Below are positions 55,736 through 64,000 of a stretch of 64,000 nt of DNA, piece by piece. How positions within the stretch are numbered: position 1 is the first letter of the stretch; each line of letters starts with the position of its first letter. Source of the stretch: an uncultured Alphaproteobacteria bacterium (GTDB taxonomy: Bacteria; Pseudomonadota; Alphaproteobacteria; Caulobacterales; Hyphomonadaceae); assembly GCA_903842595.1 (NCBI GenBank), contig CAIMMO010000217.1, forward strand, positions 588 to 64,587, in the 5' to 3' direction. A program made the translations under genes and the position numbers. Under the pieces are notes generated by a model, which ran no database searches, had not been told where the DNA came from, and saw nothing but the letters and a program-made list of their open reading frames with translations.

Positions 55736-56389
55736 TCAGGTCCGCCGCAGCGCCCTGATGCCCCCGGCGATCATGTGCCAGCCCACATAAAGCAGCAGGC
55801 CTGCGGACGCAGCGAACATGATCTGCATCACGCCCTGCCCCGACTCGCCGATCGCATGTGCGATGATCCACCCAAGTGGCGTGGTGACGGAGGACGCCAG
55901 CACGGCGGTCACGGCGGCCACAGGCGGCTTCAGTCCCGCTCTCAGCGCCAGCGCCATCGCAACAATGCCCTCGGGCGCCTCATGCAGGATCAGACCCGCT
56001 GACGCCATCAGACCGGATGCGTGGTTATGCCAGAACACTGCCGTATAGACCGCGCCATCAAGCGTGGAGTGCAGGCCGAGCACGACGATGCCAAGCCACG
56101 CCCCGATATGCTCGGCGGCGGGCGAGGACACGTTACGCGTGCGGAAGATGACCTCCAGCAGGATCCCGACAACTGCACCGCCGACGAGGAAAATGCGCTC
56201 GACATCACCGGCCGCGAAGGCTTCCGGCGCAAGGTGCGTGAGCCCGACGAACAGGATCACCGCGCCGCCCGCCATGCCCACGAGGTCGGCGATGCGTCGC
56301 GCCATGGTTGCCGCGAGCAATGCGAACGCTACGCCGGCCACGCTGAGCGCGCCGGCGCCCAGGACGATGGCGGCTTCGGAGTTCGTCAT
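55736..56389 (-). CDS. ZIP-family divalent metal (zinc) transporter
   Basis: 217 aa, multi-TM. Contains the ZIP signature LILHEAPEGIV (HxxPEG). Confidence 0.75.
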   Translation of the reverse strand: MTNSEAAIVLGAGALSVAGVAFALLAATMARRIADLVGMAGGAVILFVGLTHLAPEAFAAGDVERIFLVGGAVVGILLEVIFRTRNVSSPAAEHIGAWLGIVVLGLHSTLDGAVYTAVFWHNHASGLMASAGLILHEAPEGIVAMALALRAGLKPPVAAVTAVLASSVTTPLGWIIAHAIGESGQGVMQIMFAASAGLLLYVGWHMIAGGIRALRRT

Positions 56390-56396
56390 CCGTTTC

Positions 56397-56411
56397 TGTT
56401 ATAGTATAACA
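56397..56411. promoter_or_regulatory. Zur-box-like perfect palindrome upstream of the ZIP gene
   Basis: TGTTATA-G-TATAACA, a 7-1-7 perfect palindrome located 7 nt upstream of the ZIP ATG. It matches the core of proteobacterial Zur boxes as I recall them (TGTTATAATATAACA). Confidence 0.55.
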
Positions 56412-56427
56412 CTTGGCCGCGCAAGCG

Positions 56428-58371
56428 TCAGATCGAGAAGTCGCCCAGCGCCTCGCCATACGAGCCGATGATGCCCGCCTGGAGCAGATGATCGATGACA
56501 TGGTCTGCCAGTGCGTCTGCGGTACCCGACGATGTATCAAGCCGAAGTTCAGGCGAGATCGGCGCTTCGTAGGGGCTGTCTATGCCCGTAAAGTTGCGGA
56601 TCTGCCCCGCACGCGCCTTCTTGTAGAGGCCTTTGGGATCGCGCTGTTCGGCCAGGTGCAGCGGCGTGTCGACAAACACCTCGAAGAACTCGCCCTTCTC
56701 GACAAGACCCCGCACCATGTCGCGCTCCGCACGGAAGGGCGAAATGAACGAGGCGGTCACGATCATGCCCGCGTCGACGAACAGCTTTGCCACTTCCCCG
56801 ATGCGGCGGATATTCTCCACCCGGTCCTGATCGGTGAAGCCGAGATCCTTGTTGAGGCCCTGGCGGATGTTGTCGCCATCGAGCGAATAGGTGTGCGCGC
56901 CCATCGCCGACAACTTGCGCTCCACAATGTTGGCGATGGTGGACTTGCCGGCGCCGGAAAGGCCCGTGAACCACAGCACAGCCGGCTTGTGACCCTTGAT
57001 CAGCGAGCGGCTGGACTTGGTCACGTCCATTGCATGCCGGTGGACGTTGGTGGCGCGATTCAACGAGAACTCGATCATGCCCGCGCCAACCGTCAGGTTG
57101 GTGAACCGGTCGATCAGGATAAACGCGCCCGCTTCGCGGATGGTCTTGTAGGCATCGAAAGCAATCGGCTGGTTCGCCGAGATGTTGCAGAAGCCTATCT
57201 CGTTCAGACCGAGCGAGGAGCCTGCCGCCTTGTCCAGCGTGTTGATGTCGATCTTGTGCCGGATCGACGTCACCGCCGCCTGCACCGTCTGCGAACCGAT
57301 CTTCAGCACATAGGCATGGCCCGTCGTCAGCGGGTCTTCGTGCATCCAGAGGATGTTGGCGGTGAACTGGTTGGAGACTTCCGGCCGCGCATCCGGCACG
57401 GCGAACACGTCCCCGCGCGAGGCGTCGATCTCGTCCTCGATCACCAGCGTGATCGCGTCACCGGCCCTGGCGACCGGCAGGTCGCCATCGGCCGTAACCA
57501 GCGCTTTCACCCTGGATATCTTGCCGGACTTGGCGACGACAACTTCATCGCCCGACTTGATTGATCCGGAGATCACCGTTCCGGAGAACCCGCGGAAATC
57601 GAGGTTAGGGCGGTTCACCCACTGCACCGGCAGGCGGAAGGGCGCATCGGCGCGCTGGTCCGCGATCTCGATCCTCTCGAGATGCTCCAGCAGCGTCGGC
57701 CCGGCGTGCCAAGCCATTTTGCCCGACTTGGTGATGATGTTGTCGCCGTTCAGCGCCGACATCGGGATGGGCGTGATCGACTCGAAACCGAGGTTATCCG
57801 CAACACCCAGATAGCTCGCCACGATCTCGTGGAAGCGCGCGCGACTGTAGTCCACCAGGTCCATCTTGTTGACCGCCAGCACGAGGTGCCGGACGCCCAG
57901 CATGTTGGCGATGTACGTATGGCGCTTGGTCTGCTGCAGCACCCCTTTGCGCGCATCGATCAGGATAATGGCGAGATCCGCCGTCGAGGCGCCGGTCGCC
58001 ATGTTGCGCGTATACTGCTCGTGCCCCGGCGTGTCCGCCACGATGAACTTGCGCTTGTCGGTCGAGAAGAAGCGATAGGCGACATCAATGGTGATGCCCT
58101 GTTCGCGCTCGGCCTCCAGCCCGTCGAGCAACAGGGCGAAGTCCATATTCTCGCCCTGCGTGCCATGCTTCACGCTGTCTTTCTTCAGCGTGGCAAGCTG
58201 GTCCTCGAACAACAGCTTGGTGTCATACAGCAGCCGGCCGATCAGCGTGGACTTGCCATCATCCACCGAACCGCAGGTAATGAAACGCAGCACGCCCATC
58301 TCGGCGGCCGCCAGTTCGCGGACCGACTGGCGCTGCTCCTTGGTGCGCAGGGGGGTCACTTTCGTGGCCAT
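56428..58371 (-). CDS. cysNC: bifunctional sulfate adenylyltransferase subunit 1 / adenylylsulfate kinase
   Basis: 647 aa. GTPase domain (GSVDDGKST, DTPGH, NKMD) fused to an APS kinase (GLSGAGKSTIA). Confidence 0.9.
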   Translation of the reverse strand: MATKVTPLRTKEQRQSVRELAAAEMGVLRFITCGSVDDGKSTLIGRLLYDTKLLFEDQLATLKKDSVKHGTQGENMDFALLLDGLEAEREQGITIDVAYRFFSTDKRKFIVADTPGHEQYTRNMATGASTADLAIILIDARKGVLQQTKRHTYIANMLGVRHLVLAVNKMDLVDYSRARFHEIVASYLGVADNLGFESITPIPMSALNGDNIITKSGKMAWHAGPTLLEHLERIEIADQRADAPFRLPVQWVNRPNLDFRGFSGTVISGSIKSGDEVVVAKSGKISRVKALVTADGDLPVARAGDAITLVIEDEIDASRGDVFAVPDARPEVSNQFTANILWMHEDPLTTGHAYVLKIGSQTVQAAVTSIRHKIDINTLDKAAGSSLGLNEIGFCNISANQPIAFDAYKTIREAGAFILIDRFTNLTVGAGMIEFSLNRATNVHRHAMDVTKSSRSLIKGHKPAVLWFTGLSGAGKSTIANIVERKLSAMGAHTYSLDGDNIRQGLNKDLGFTDQDRVENIRRIGEVAKLFVDAGMIVTASFISPFRAERDMVRGLVEKGEFFEVFVDTPLHLAEQRDPKGLYKKARAGQIRNFTGIDSPYEAPISPELRLDTSSGTADALADHVIDHLLQAGIIGSYGEALGDFSI

Positions 58372-59336
58372 CAGAAATACCCCTCACGCTTCTTCTTCTC
58401 CATCGACCCGCTCTCGTCATGGTCGATTAGGCGGCCAGAGCGCTCAGACGTGCGCGCGGTCAGCATCTCACCGACAATGTCATCGAGCGTCGCAGCGTCG
58501 CTTTCGATGGCGGCCGTCAGCGGATAGCAGCCCAGCGTGCGGAAACGGATCATCCGATCCACGGCAACCTCGCCCGGCTCCATCGGCGTACGCTCGTCAT
58601 CGACCATGAAGATCTGGCCGTTGCGAATGACGGTCGGCCGCTCCTGGCCGAAATACAGCGGCACGATCGGAATTTCTTCCTCGGCGATGTAGGCCCAGAT
58701 ATCCAGCTCGGTCCAATTCGAGATCGGGAAGACACGGATGCTTTCGCCGCGCGCCTTGCGGGTGTTGTAGAGGCTCCACAGCTCCGGCCGCTGGCTCTTC
58801 GGATCCCAGCCATGGCTCTCGGTGCGGAACGAGAAGATCCGCTCCTTCGCCCGGCTCTTTTCTTCGTCGCGCCGCGCGCCGCCGAAAGCCGCATCGAAGC
58901 GATACTTGTCCATCGCCTGGCGCAGGCCCTCTGTCTTCATCACCTGCGTGTGGAGGTTGGAGCCCGACGCGTAAGGGTTGATCCCGCGCTTCAACCCGTC
59001 CTCATTGATGTGAACGATCAGGTCCAGCCCGAGTTTCTTCGTGATCAGGTCGCGAAACTGTACCATCTCCTGGAACTTCCAGGTGGTGTCGATATGCATG
59101 AAGGGGAATGGCGGTCGCGAGGGCCAGAAGGCCTTCATCGCGAGGTGCAGCATCACCGACGAATCCTTGCCGATGGAATACAGCATAACCGGGTTCTCGA
59201 ACCCGGCCGCGACCTCCCGCATGATGAAAATGCTTTCGGCTTCAAGCCTTTGCAGGTGAGCCGGCAATGGCTTCCTGCGCCCGCGGCGCGAGGTGAAGCG
59301 TTCGGCATAAGCCGTCAGATCGGAGTCGAGTGTCAA
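58371..59336 (-). CDS. cysD: sulfate adenylyltransferase subunit 2
   Basis: 321 aa. PAPS-reductase-like fold ([16 protein letters not shown]). The stop overlaps the cysNC start. Confidence 0.9.
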   Translation of the reverse strand: MTLDSDLTAYAERFTSRRGRRKPLPAHLQRLEAESIFIMREVAAGFENPVMLYSIGKDSSVMLHLAMKAFWPSRPPFPFMHIDTTWKFQEMVQFRDLITKKLGLDLIVHINEDGLKRGINPYASGSNLHTQVMKTEGLRQAMDKYRFDAAFGGARRDEEKSRAKERIFSFRTESHGWDPKSQRPELWSLYNTRKARGESIRVFPISNWTELDIWAYIAEEEIPIVPLYFGQERPTVIRNGQIFMVDDERTPMEPGEVAVDRMIRFRTLGCYPLTAAIESDAATLDDIVGEMLTARTSERSGRLIDHDESGSMEKKKREGYF

Positions 59337-59501
59337 AGCCGTGCACGTCCTAGGCTCGATTGGAAACCCGACTTAGGGGCTGCGTACCATAGCGTAAAGC
59401 GCACGCATCTGAAGTCAGACCTGACCGTGCCTTAACCGTAGGCGCCTTGTTGGCGCCCCATGGCCGCGCTGTGCTTTAAGACAGGACGTGCGGAGGATTC
59501 G

Positions 59502-62063
59502 ATGCGGAAGTACTGGATTATAGGCGGAAGCGTCGTCGGCGGCCTGCTCGCGCTGGCCGCTATCGCTGTCCTGGTGGTCCCGAACCTGATCCCGCAGGAA
59601 GTCTATCGGGCCGAGATCGAGAAGGTCGCCTACCAGGTCACAGGACGGAAAGTCTCCGTCACGGGCCGGATCGAGGTCGCCGTATTCCCCCGCATCGAGG
59701 CCCGCGCCGGCGCCTCGACCATCGCCAATCCGGAAGGATTCGAGGGAAGCGACTTTGCTTCAATGAAGGAGCTCCGCGCCGCCGTGGCGCTCTGGCCGCT
59801 GTTTTCAGGCAATGTCGAAGTCGAGGAGTTCATCCTCGTGGAACCCAGCATCTCGCTCATCAGCCTCGAGGACGGCAACAACAACTGGACCTTCACCCCA
59901 CCCACCGGCCCAGCGGGCGTGTCCGGCGAGCCGCAGCAGAGCGGGCAGATGGGCGCGTCCCTTCGCGACGTGCGCATCGAAAAGGGGATCGTCTCGTTCG
60001 ACGACCGCAGGGCAAAGAAGATCCAGACGCTGAGCGATCTCAATCTCTGGGCGGACATGCAGGCGCTCGACAAGCCGCTGTCGTTCAAAGCCGAAGGCCT
60101 CGCCAATGCGCTTGAGTTTCGCATCGAGTCGCGGCTTGGAAACCCGCAGGCGATGATCGACGGCCTCGCCTCGCCCGTCGAGATCAAGCTGCAGACCGAC
60201 CTTATCCGGACAGACCTGAAGGGCACGCTCGCTCTCGGCGATATGCCCGAGTTCGACTTCGCCCTGACAGGCGAGATCCCGAACCTCCCCGCGCTGGGCG
60301 ACGCCTTCCAGACGCCGCTGCCCGTGCCCGCCGTACTCGGCAAGCTGACCTTGTCGGGCCAGGCCTATGGCTCGTTCGACGACATCACCATCAAGGTCGC
60401 CTCCGCGCGCCACGAGAGCCCGCTGCTGAACGCAGACCTCAAGGGCGAGGCGCGACTGACCAAGACAATCGCGCTCCAGCTCGACGCCAGCGCCGATGCA
60501 TCAAGGCTCGCCGACCTCGCGCGCGCCCTCGACATCGCCCCGCCCGCCGAAGCCGCCCTCGGCAAGGCAACGGTTTCATCAAAGATCACCGGCACGCTGG
60601 ATAACCTTGTCTTCAGCGACGTGAATTTCGAACACGCCAGCGGCCTTCTGAATCTGCTGTTCAAGGGATCGGCACAGCTGAAGGACCAGCTGACCTATGC
60701 TGGCGACGTCACCATCGCCGCGCCCGACCTTCGCAAACTCGCGGCCGCTGCCGGCACGCAACTGCCGCCGGGCAACATCTACAAGACGTTCTCGCTGACG
60801 GGACAGACCTCGGGCGGTACGCAGGATGTACTGTTGAAGAACGCCACGGTGAAGTTCGACAACATCACCGGCGCGGGCGAAGCCGCGCTCAGCTTCGGCG
60901 CCAAGCCACGCCTCACCGGCACGCTGAGCACCAGCGCCATCGACGTGACGCCCTACGCGCAAGCCTCCGGCGCGCCAGCAGGCAAACCCGCCGCCGCTCC
61001 TACGGGCTGGGGCGCTACACCGATAGACCTGTCGCCACTGCGGCTGGTCGATGCGGACCTCACGCTAAAGTCCAACGGCATCAAGTTCGACAAGTTCGAC
61101 TTTGGCCCGTCCAACGTCGCAGTCGGCATAAGGAACGGCAAGCTGATCGCCGACCTCAAGCAGACCTCGCTGTTCGGCGGCTCGGGAACCGCGCGCTTCG
61201 TCGCTGACGGTAGCGGAGCGAAGCCCGGCATCGAACTGAAGGCGAAGGTGGACAAGCTGGCGCTGAAGGACCTTCTTGGCGCCGCCGCCAACTTCACCAT
61301 GCTCGAAGGTGCAGGGGGCGTCGACATCGACCTCGCCGGTTCAGGCACCAGTCTCGATGCGCTGATGAGTTCGCTCGTCGGCAAAGGCGCCATCACCTCG
61401 GACGAAAGCGTCCTCAAGGGCGTCAACCTTCAGGAACTCGCCTCGGCCGCCGTCAACGCCTTCTCCAGCAAGAAGTTCTCTGCCGCCGCCATCTCGCCGA
61501 TTGCGCAGACACGCTTTGACGCCTTGCAGACGAACTTCGTGATGGCGGACGGCGTTGCCATGCTCACCGACATGAACATCGACACCGGGGCCATGACCAT
61601 CGCTGCCGGCGGCGCACTGGACATTGGTCGCCAGCAGCTGACGCTGAACCTGTTCCCACAGTTCGACGACAGGAAGGCCGGGCTCAATGGCTATGGCCTG
61701 CCGATGAAACTGTCCGGCTCATGGACCGGCGTCAGCTTCGCACCCGACTGGGGCTGGCTTGCCGACAAGGCTACGGCCTCTGCAAAGGCCGAGGCCGAGT
61801 CAAAAATCGAGGACGAGCTCAAGGATCTCGGCGACAGCATTCGTGGCCGCCTGGGCCTGGGCGCGCCGAAACCAGCCCCCCAGGCCGCGCCAGCTCCCGC
61901 GCCAGCCGCCACGCAAGACACCCCCGAAGCCGCAAGCCCGGCGCCGGTAGAAGGCCAGCCCGTTGTTCCGCCAGCCCCGACACCCCCGCCTCCGAAGTCG
62001 GCCGAGGACCGCCTGAAGGCCGAAGCCCAAAAGGCGCTCGGCCGCCTGTTCGGCGACAACTGA
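59502..62063 (+). CDS. AsmA-family outer-membrane biogenesis protein
   Basis: Trimmed to ATG 59502 (MRKYWIIGGSVVGGLLALAAIAVLVV anchor). About 850 aa of beta-rich sequence, an AsmA-like C-terminal block and a Pro-rich tail. Confidence 0.8.
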   Translation: MRKYWIIGGSVVGGLLALAAIAVLVVPNLIPQEVYRAEIEKVAYQVTGRKVSVTGRIEVAVFPRIEARAGASTIANPEGFEGSDFASMKELRAAVALWPLFSGNVEVEEFILVEPSISLISLEDGNNNWTFTPPTGPAGVSGEPQQSGQMGASLRDVRIEKGIVSFDDRRAKKIQTLSDLNLWADMQALDKPLSFKAEGLANALEFRIESRLGNPQAMIDGLASPVEIKLQTDLIRTDLKGTLALGDMPEFDFALTGEIPNLPALGDAFQTPLPVPAVLGKLTLSGQAYGSFDDITIKVASARHESPLLNADLKGEARLTKTIALQLDASADASRLADLARALDIAPPAEAALGKATVSSKITGTLDNLVFSDVNFEHASGLLNLLFKGSAQLKDQLTYAGDVTIAAPDLRKLAAAAGTQLPPGNIYKTFSLTGQTSGGTQDVLLKNATVKFDNITGAGEAALSFGAKPRLTGTLSTSAIDVTPYAQASGAPAGKPAAAPTGWGATPIDLSPLRLVDADLTLKSNGIKFDKFDFGPSNVAVGIRNGKLIADLKQTSLFGGSGTARFVADGSGAKPGIELKAKVDKLALKDLLGAAANFTMLEGAGGVDIDLAGSGTSLDALMSSLVGKGAITSDESVLKGVNLQELASAAVNAFSSKKFSAAAISPIAQTRFDALQTNFVMADGVAMLTDMNIDTGAMTIAAGGALDIGRQQLTLNLFPQFDDRKAGLNGYGLPMKLSGSWTGVSFAPDWGWLADKATASAKAEAESKIEDELKDLGDSIRGRLGLGAPKPAPQAAPAPAPAATQDTPEAASPAPVEGQPVVPPAPTPPPPKSAEDRLKAEAQKALGRLFGDN

Positions 62064-62173
62064 CGGCGGGCGCCGCGCGGATTCCGCAGCGTTCCGCGTC
62101 CCGGAAACCCGCGCTTGCCCCGGCGCATGTCCAGAGCTAATACCCCTGCTCGCGCGACAGCGCCAAGCCGGTT

Positions 62174-62250
62174 GCCGCCATAGCTCAGTTGGTTAGAGCG
62201 CTGGATTGTGGATCCAGAGGTCCCCCGTTCGAGCCGGGGTGGCGGTACCA
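62174..62250 (+). tRNA. tRNA-His (anticodon GTG), without encoded G-1
   Basis: GCCGCCATAGCTCAGTTGGTTAGAGCGCTGGATTGTGGATCCAGAGGTCCCCCGTTCGAGCCGGGGTGGCGGTACCA folds by hand into a 77-nt cloverleaf. The anticodon loop is TTGTGGA. It has G1-U72, discriminator A73, and T at -1. Confidence 0.9.
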
Positions 62251-62386
62251 TTCAAATCAATGGCTTATAGCCGCGGAGCGAGTTGGTCATCGTCACGAAC
62301 GACCATCTGAGTGGCGTTTTGGGCAACGGCTTGCTGGCATAGACTTGAAGGCGTTCGCGCCTGCAGTCCTCTGACGCGAAGCAACC

Positions 62387-62411
62387 TGAAAATCGAGCCG
62401 CGCGTGGCTCG
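62387..62411 (-). terminator. possible rho-independent terminator downstream of def
   Basis: The minus strand has CGAGCC-acgcgc-GGCTCG followed by ATTTTCA, about 85 nt after the def stop. Confidence 0.35.
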
Positions 62412-62494
62412 CCCAAGATCTTGACCCGCCCCAGGATTATCGGGCCTCCCCAAGCTTGAGTGACGCGTGGCAGATTTGGGTCGGGGTCGGAAGT

Positions 62495-63034
62495 TCACTT
62501 CGCTTCCAGCAGAACGATGCCGCTATCGGGAAACAGGGCTTCGATGAAGCCGAACTTGGTCATGTCCCTAATCCGCTGCGGATAGAGCACGCCGTCGAGG
62601 TGATCGAATTCATGCTGGAAGACGCGGGCGTGAAATCCGCGAGCTTCGCACGAGAACGGACTGCCGTCGTCAAGCGTGCCTCCATAACGGATATGCGTGG
62701 CGCGGGGGACCAGACCCCGCATGCCAGGGACAGAAAGGCAGCCTTCCCATCCCTCTTCAGTTTCTTTGCTCAACACCTCAAGCCAGGGATTGAAAAGCGT
62801 CGTCACCGGCACTGGTTGTTCGTCGGGGTAACGCGGGTTCCTGTCGAAGCCGAAGATCATCAGGCGCAGATCAACGCCGATCTGCGGCGCCGCCAGGCCC
62901 ACGCCATTGGCAGCATGCATTGTCTCATACATGTCGGCGACAATCGCAGCGAGCTCTGGATCAGCAATATCCACGACAGGCTTCGCCACGCGAAGCAGCC
63001 TGGGATCGCCCATTTTCAGGATGTCGCGGATCAT
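62495..63034 (-). CDS. def: peptide deformylase
   Basis: 179 aa. Contains [18 protein letters not shown] and HEFDHLDG motifs. Confidence 0.9.
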   Translation of the reverse strand: MIRDILKMGDPRLLRVAKPVVDIADPELAAIVADMYETMHAANGVGLAAPQIGVDLRLMIFGFDRNPRYPDEQPVPVTTLFNPWLEVLSKETEEGWEGCLSVPGMRGLVPRATHIRYGGTLDDGSPFSCEARGFHARVFQHEFDHLDGVLYPQRIRDMTKFGFIEALFPDSGIVLLEAK

Positions 63035-63143
63035 GACGGCAGCCTGAGCCCGTTCTTCAGACTATGGATCAACTGATGATGAGCACGGATGCGTACTTCC
63101 GGATTCTACCACCATGAGTTTAGTTGTCAGCCCTCTCCAGCGG

Positions 63144-63659
63144 CTACCAGCCGCTCTCGGCTCCTGCACTGGTGATACAGCCAGCGGCAGCTGCGCGGAT
63201 ATCCCGGCGCCGCGGCGAAGCAGCGTCAACGGCGGCGTTCAGGTCGAAGCCGACGATCTGCCTTTCCGAATTGTTCGGGCGCGCGCCCGTACCGACGCAA
63301 AGCCAGCTCGCATGTTCTCCCTCGCCGCTTGCGAGAACGATGATCGTCGCGCCGGCGACACCCTTCTGTTTCAGCAGACTGCTGGCGCAGCTACGCGGAT
63401 CCTGGGCCGAAATCGTGCAGTACTCAAACCCGGCAGCTTCCAAGCCGGTTGGCAGAAATTCGAACCAGCCTCCTGTCGGCCCGACCGAGGCAAGGCTCTG
63501 CAGCAGGGCGTCGTGATTGGCCCGGGCTGCCGCGCCCAGATGAGGATCAGAGCCAAGGAGAACCTTGACCCGCAACGGTGGCGGGCCGACCTGGGCAAGG
63601 GCTGCGGAGCCTCCGGCAAAGGCCAGGGCCATGCTCAGGATGGCGAGTGGTTTTTTCAT
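63144..63659 (-). CDS. secreted hypothetical protein
   Basis: Trimmed to ATG 63659 (MKKPLAILSMALAFAGGSAALAQ Sec signal). 171 aa. No family recognised. Confidence 0.55.
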   Translation of the reverse strand: MKKPLAILSMALAFAGGSAALAQVGPPPLRVKVLLGSDPHLGAAARANHDALLQSLASVGPTGGWFEFLPTGLEAAGFEYCTISAQDPRSCASSLLKQKGVAGATIIVLASGEGEHASWLCVGTGARPNNSERQIVGFDLNAAVDAASPRRRDIRAAAAGCITSAGAESGW

Positions 63660-64000
63660 GGGCGGGCTCCCTATCGCTCCCCGGGACGCTAGTCCGTCCA
63701 TTGTTTCCGGCCAAAGCGCTAGCGGCCGATGGTTTTTCACCACCGTCCGCTCCTTGCTCACACAGCATCGAAACCGAGGGTACAGGATTGGGACCTGTGT
63801 TTTCCTCTGATGCAAGTGACCGTTTCGGACTCCGAGGTCGCTGCAACGGGAATGTGGCGCCCCCTCTCAGTCGATCGAGATAGGTCATACAGGGGGCGTG
63901 ACGCCGACAGCAGGACCTCGCCCAATTGCTGCCAGTCATCCTGGCCTAACGGACCCGGCGGCTTGTCGCCCAGAGGGGGGCAATCGAACGCAACGGGGCG

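Noticed and set aside
62251-62494. The region downstream of tRNA-His, checked for an integrated island, integrase remnant or att-like repeat of the tRNA 3' end. The flank of tRNA-Val was checked in the same way.
   Set aside because: The next feature is the housekeeping def gene. There is no integrase or phage ORF, no visible duplication of the tRNA 3' segment, and no compositional break.
62495-63034. def is not followed by fmt, its usual operon partner.
   Set aside because: Many Proteobacteria carry extra stand-alone def paralogues. This cannot be interpreted without the rest of the genome.
63547-64000. The minus-strand ORF 63547..63939 (130 aa), and a second minus-strand frame open from the window end to about 63770 (RPVAFDCPPLGDKPPGPLGQDDWQQLGEVLL...).
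   Set aside because: The first overlaps the signal-peptide end of the secreted protein gene and looks like junk (Arg/Pro/Cys-rich). The second may be the 3' end of a gene lying beyond the window, but about 40 codons with no motif are not enough to call it.
1-64000. A search by eye for CRISPR arrays, IS elements, long direct repeats, rRNA, tmRNA, SRP and RNase P motifs, and AT-rich islands.
   Set aside because: Nothing convincing was seen, and composition looks uniform. Short dispersed repeats cannot be excluded without a computational self-alignment.

Overview
This is a GC-rich chromosomal segment; third codon positions are almost all G/C, which produces many long spurious antisense ORFs. 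By gene content and tRNA features it looks alphaproteobacterial. I support about 60 protein genes, 2 tRNAs and a few regulatory sites or hairpins. I saw no rRNA, CRISPR array, transposase, integrase or phage genes. The ORF track evidently allows GTG/TTG starts and often over-extends N-termini, so I trimmed starts where an ATG/GTG with a Shine-Dalgarno sequence or a recognisable N-terminus was visible.

Layout:
1. 1-23 kb, mixed housekeeping and metabolism: recJ 5' part, PAP2 acid phosphatase, an orphan ParA-type ATPase with a small partner gene, gor, rpiA, an SDR, an acyl-CoA ligase, soxR with a textbook SoxR-type promoter on the divergent VOC gene, glmU, tRNA-Val, an MFS transporter, a valine-type acyl-CoA dehydrogenase and hydrolase, and hemB.
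2. 23.4-33.3 kb: a type II secretion locus in two divergent operons, gspK-D-(C/N-like)-(M-like)-(L-like) against gspE-F-H-I-J. No major pseudopilin gspG and no prepilin peptidase are present.
3. 33.4-43.5 kb: a nine-gene cluster spanning periplasm and cytoplasm. It holds a GMC flavoenzyme with a Tat small subunit, a Baeyer-Villiger monooxygenase, two DUF1080 proteins, an NHS-type MFS transporter, two xylose-isomerase-like TIM barrels and a Gfo/Idh/MocA oxidoreductase. It looks like an oxidative (3-keto) glycoside-cleavage system with an unknown substrate.
4. 43.6-51.3 kb: one very tightly packed minus-strand operon of PvdQ-like acylase, maiA, hmgA, two unknown ORFs, an FAH-family hydrolase and scoAB.
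5. 51.5-64 kb: an IorAB-like molybdoenzyme, hppD, a ZIP transporter with a Zur-like palindrome, cysNC-cysD, an AsmA-family gene, tRNA-His, def and a secreted hypothetical protein.

I cannot point to one unambiguous new system. The best leads are the sugar-oxidation cluster, the gspG-less T2SS with a lipidated secretin, the orphan ParA module, and the two uncharacterised ORFs inside the homogentisate operon. All family calls come from motif recognition by eye; no searches were run.
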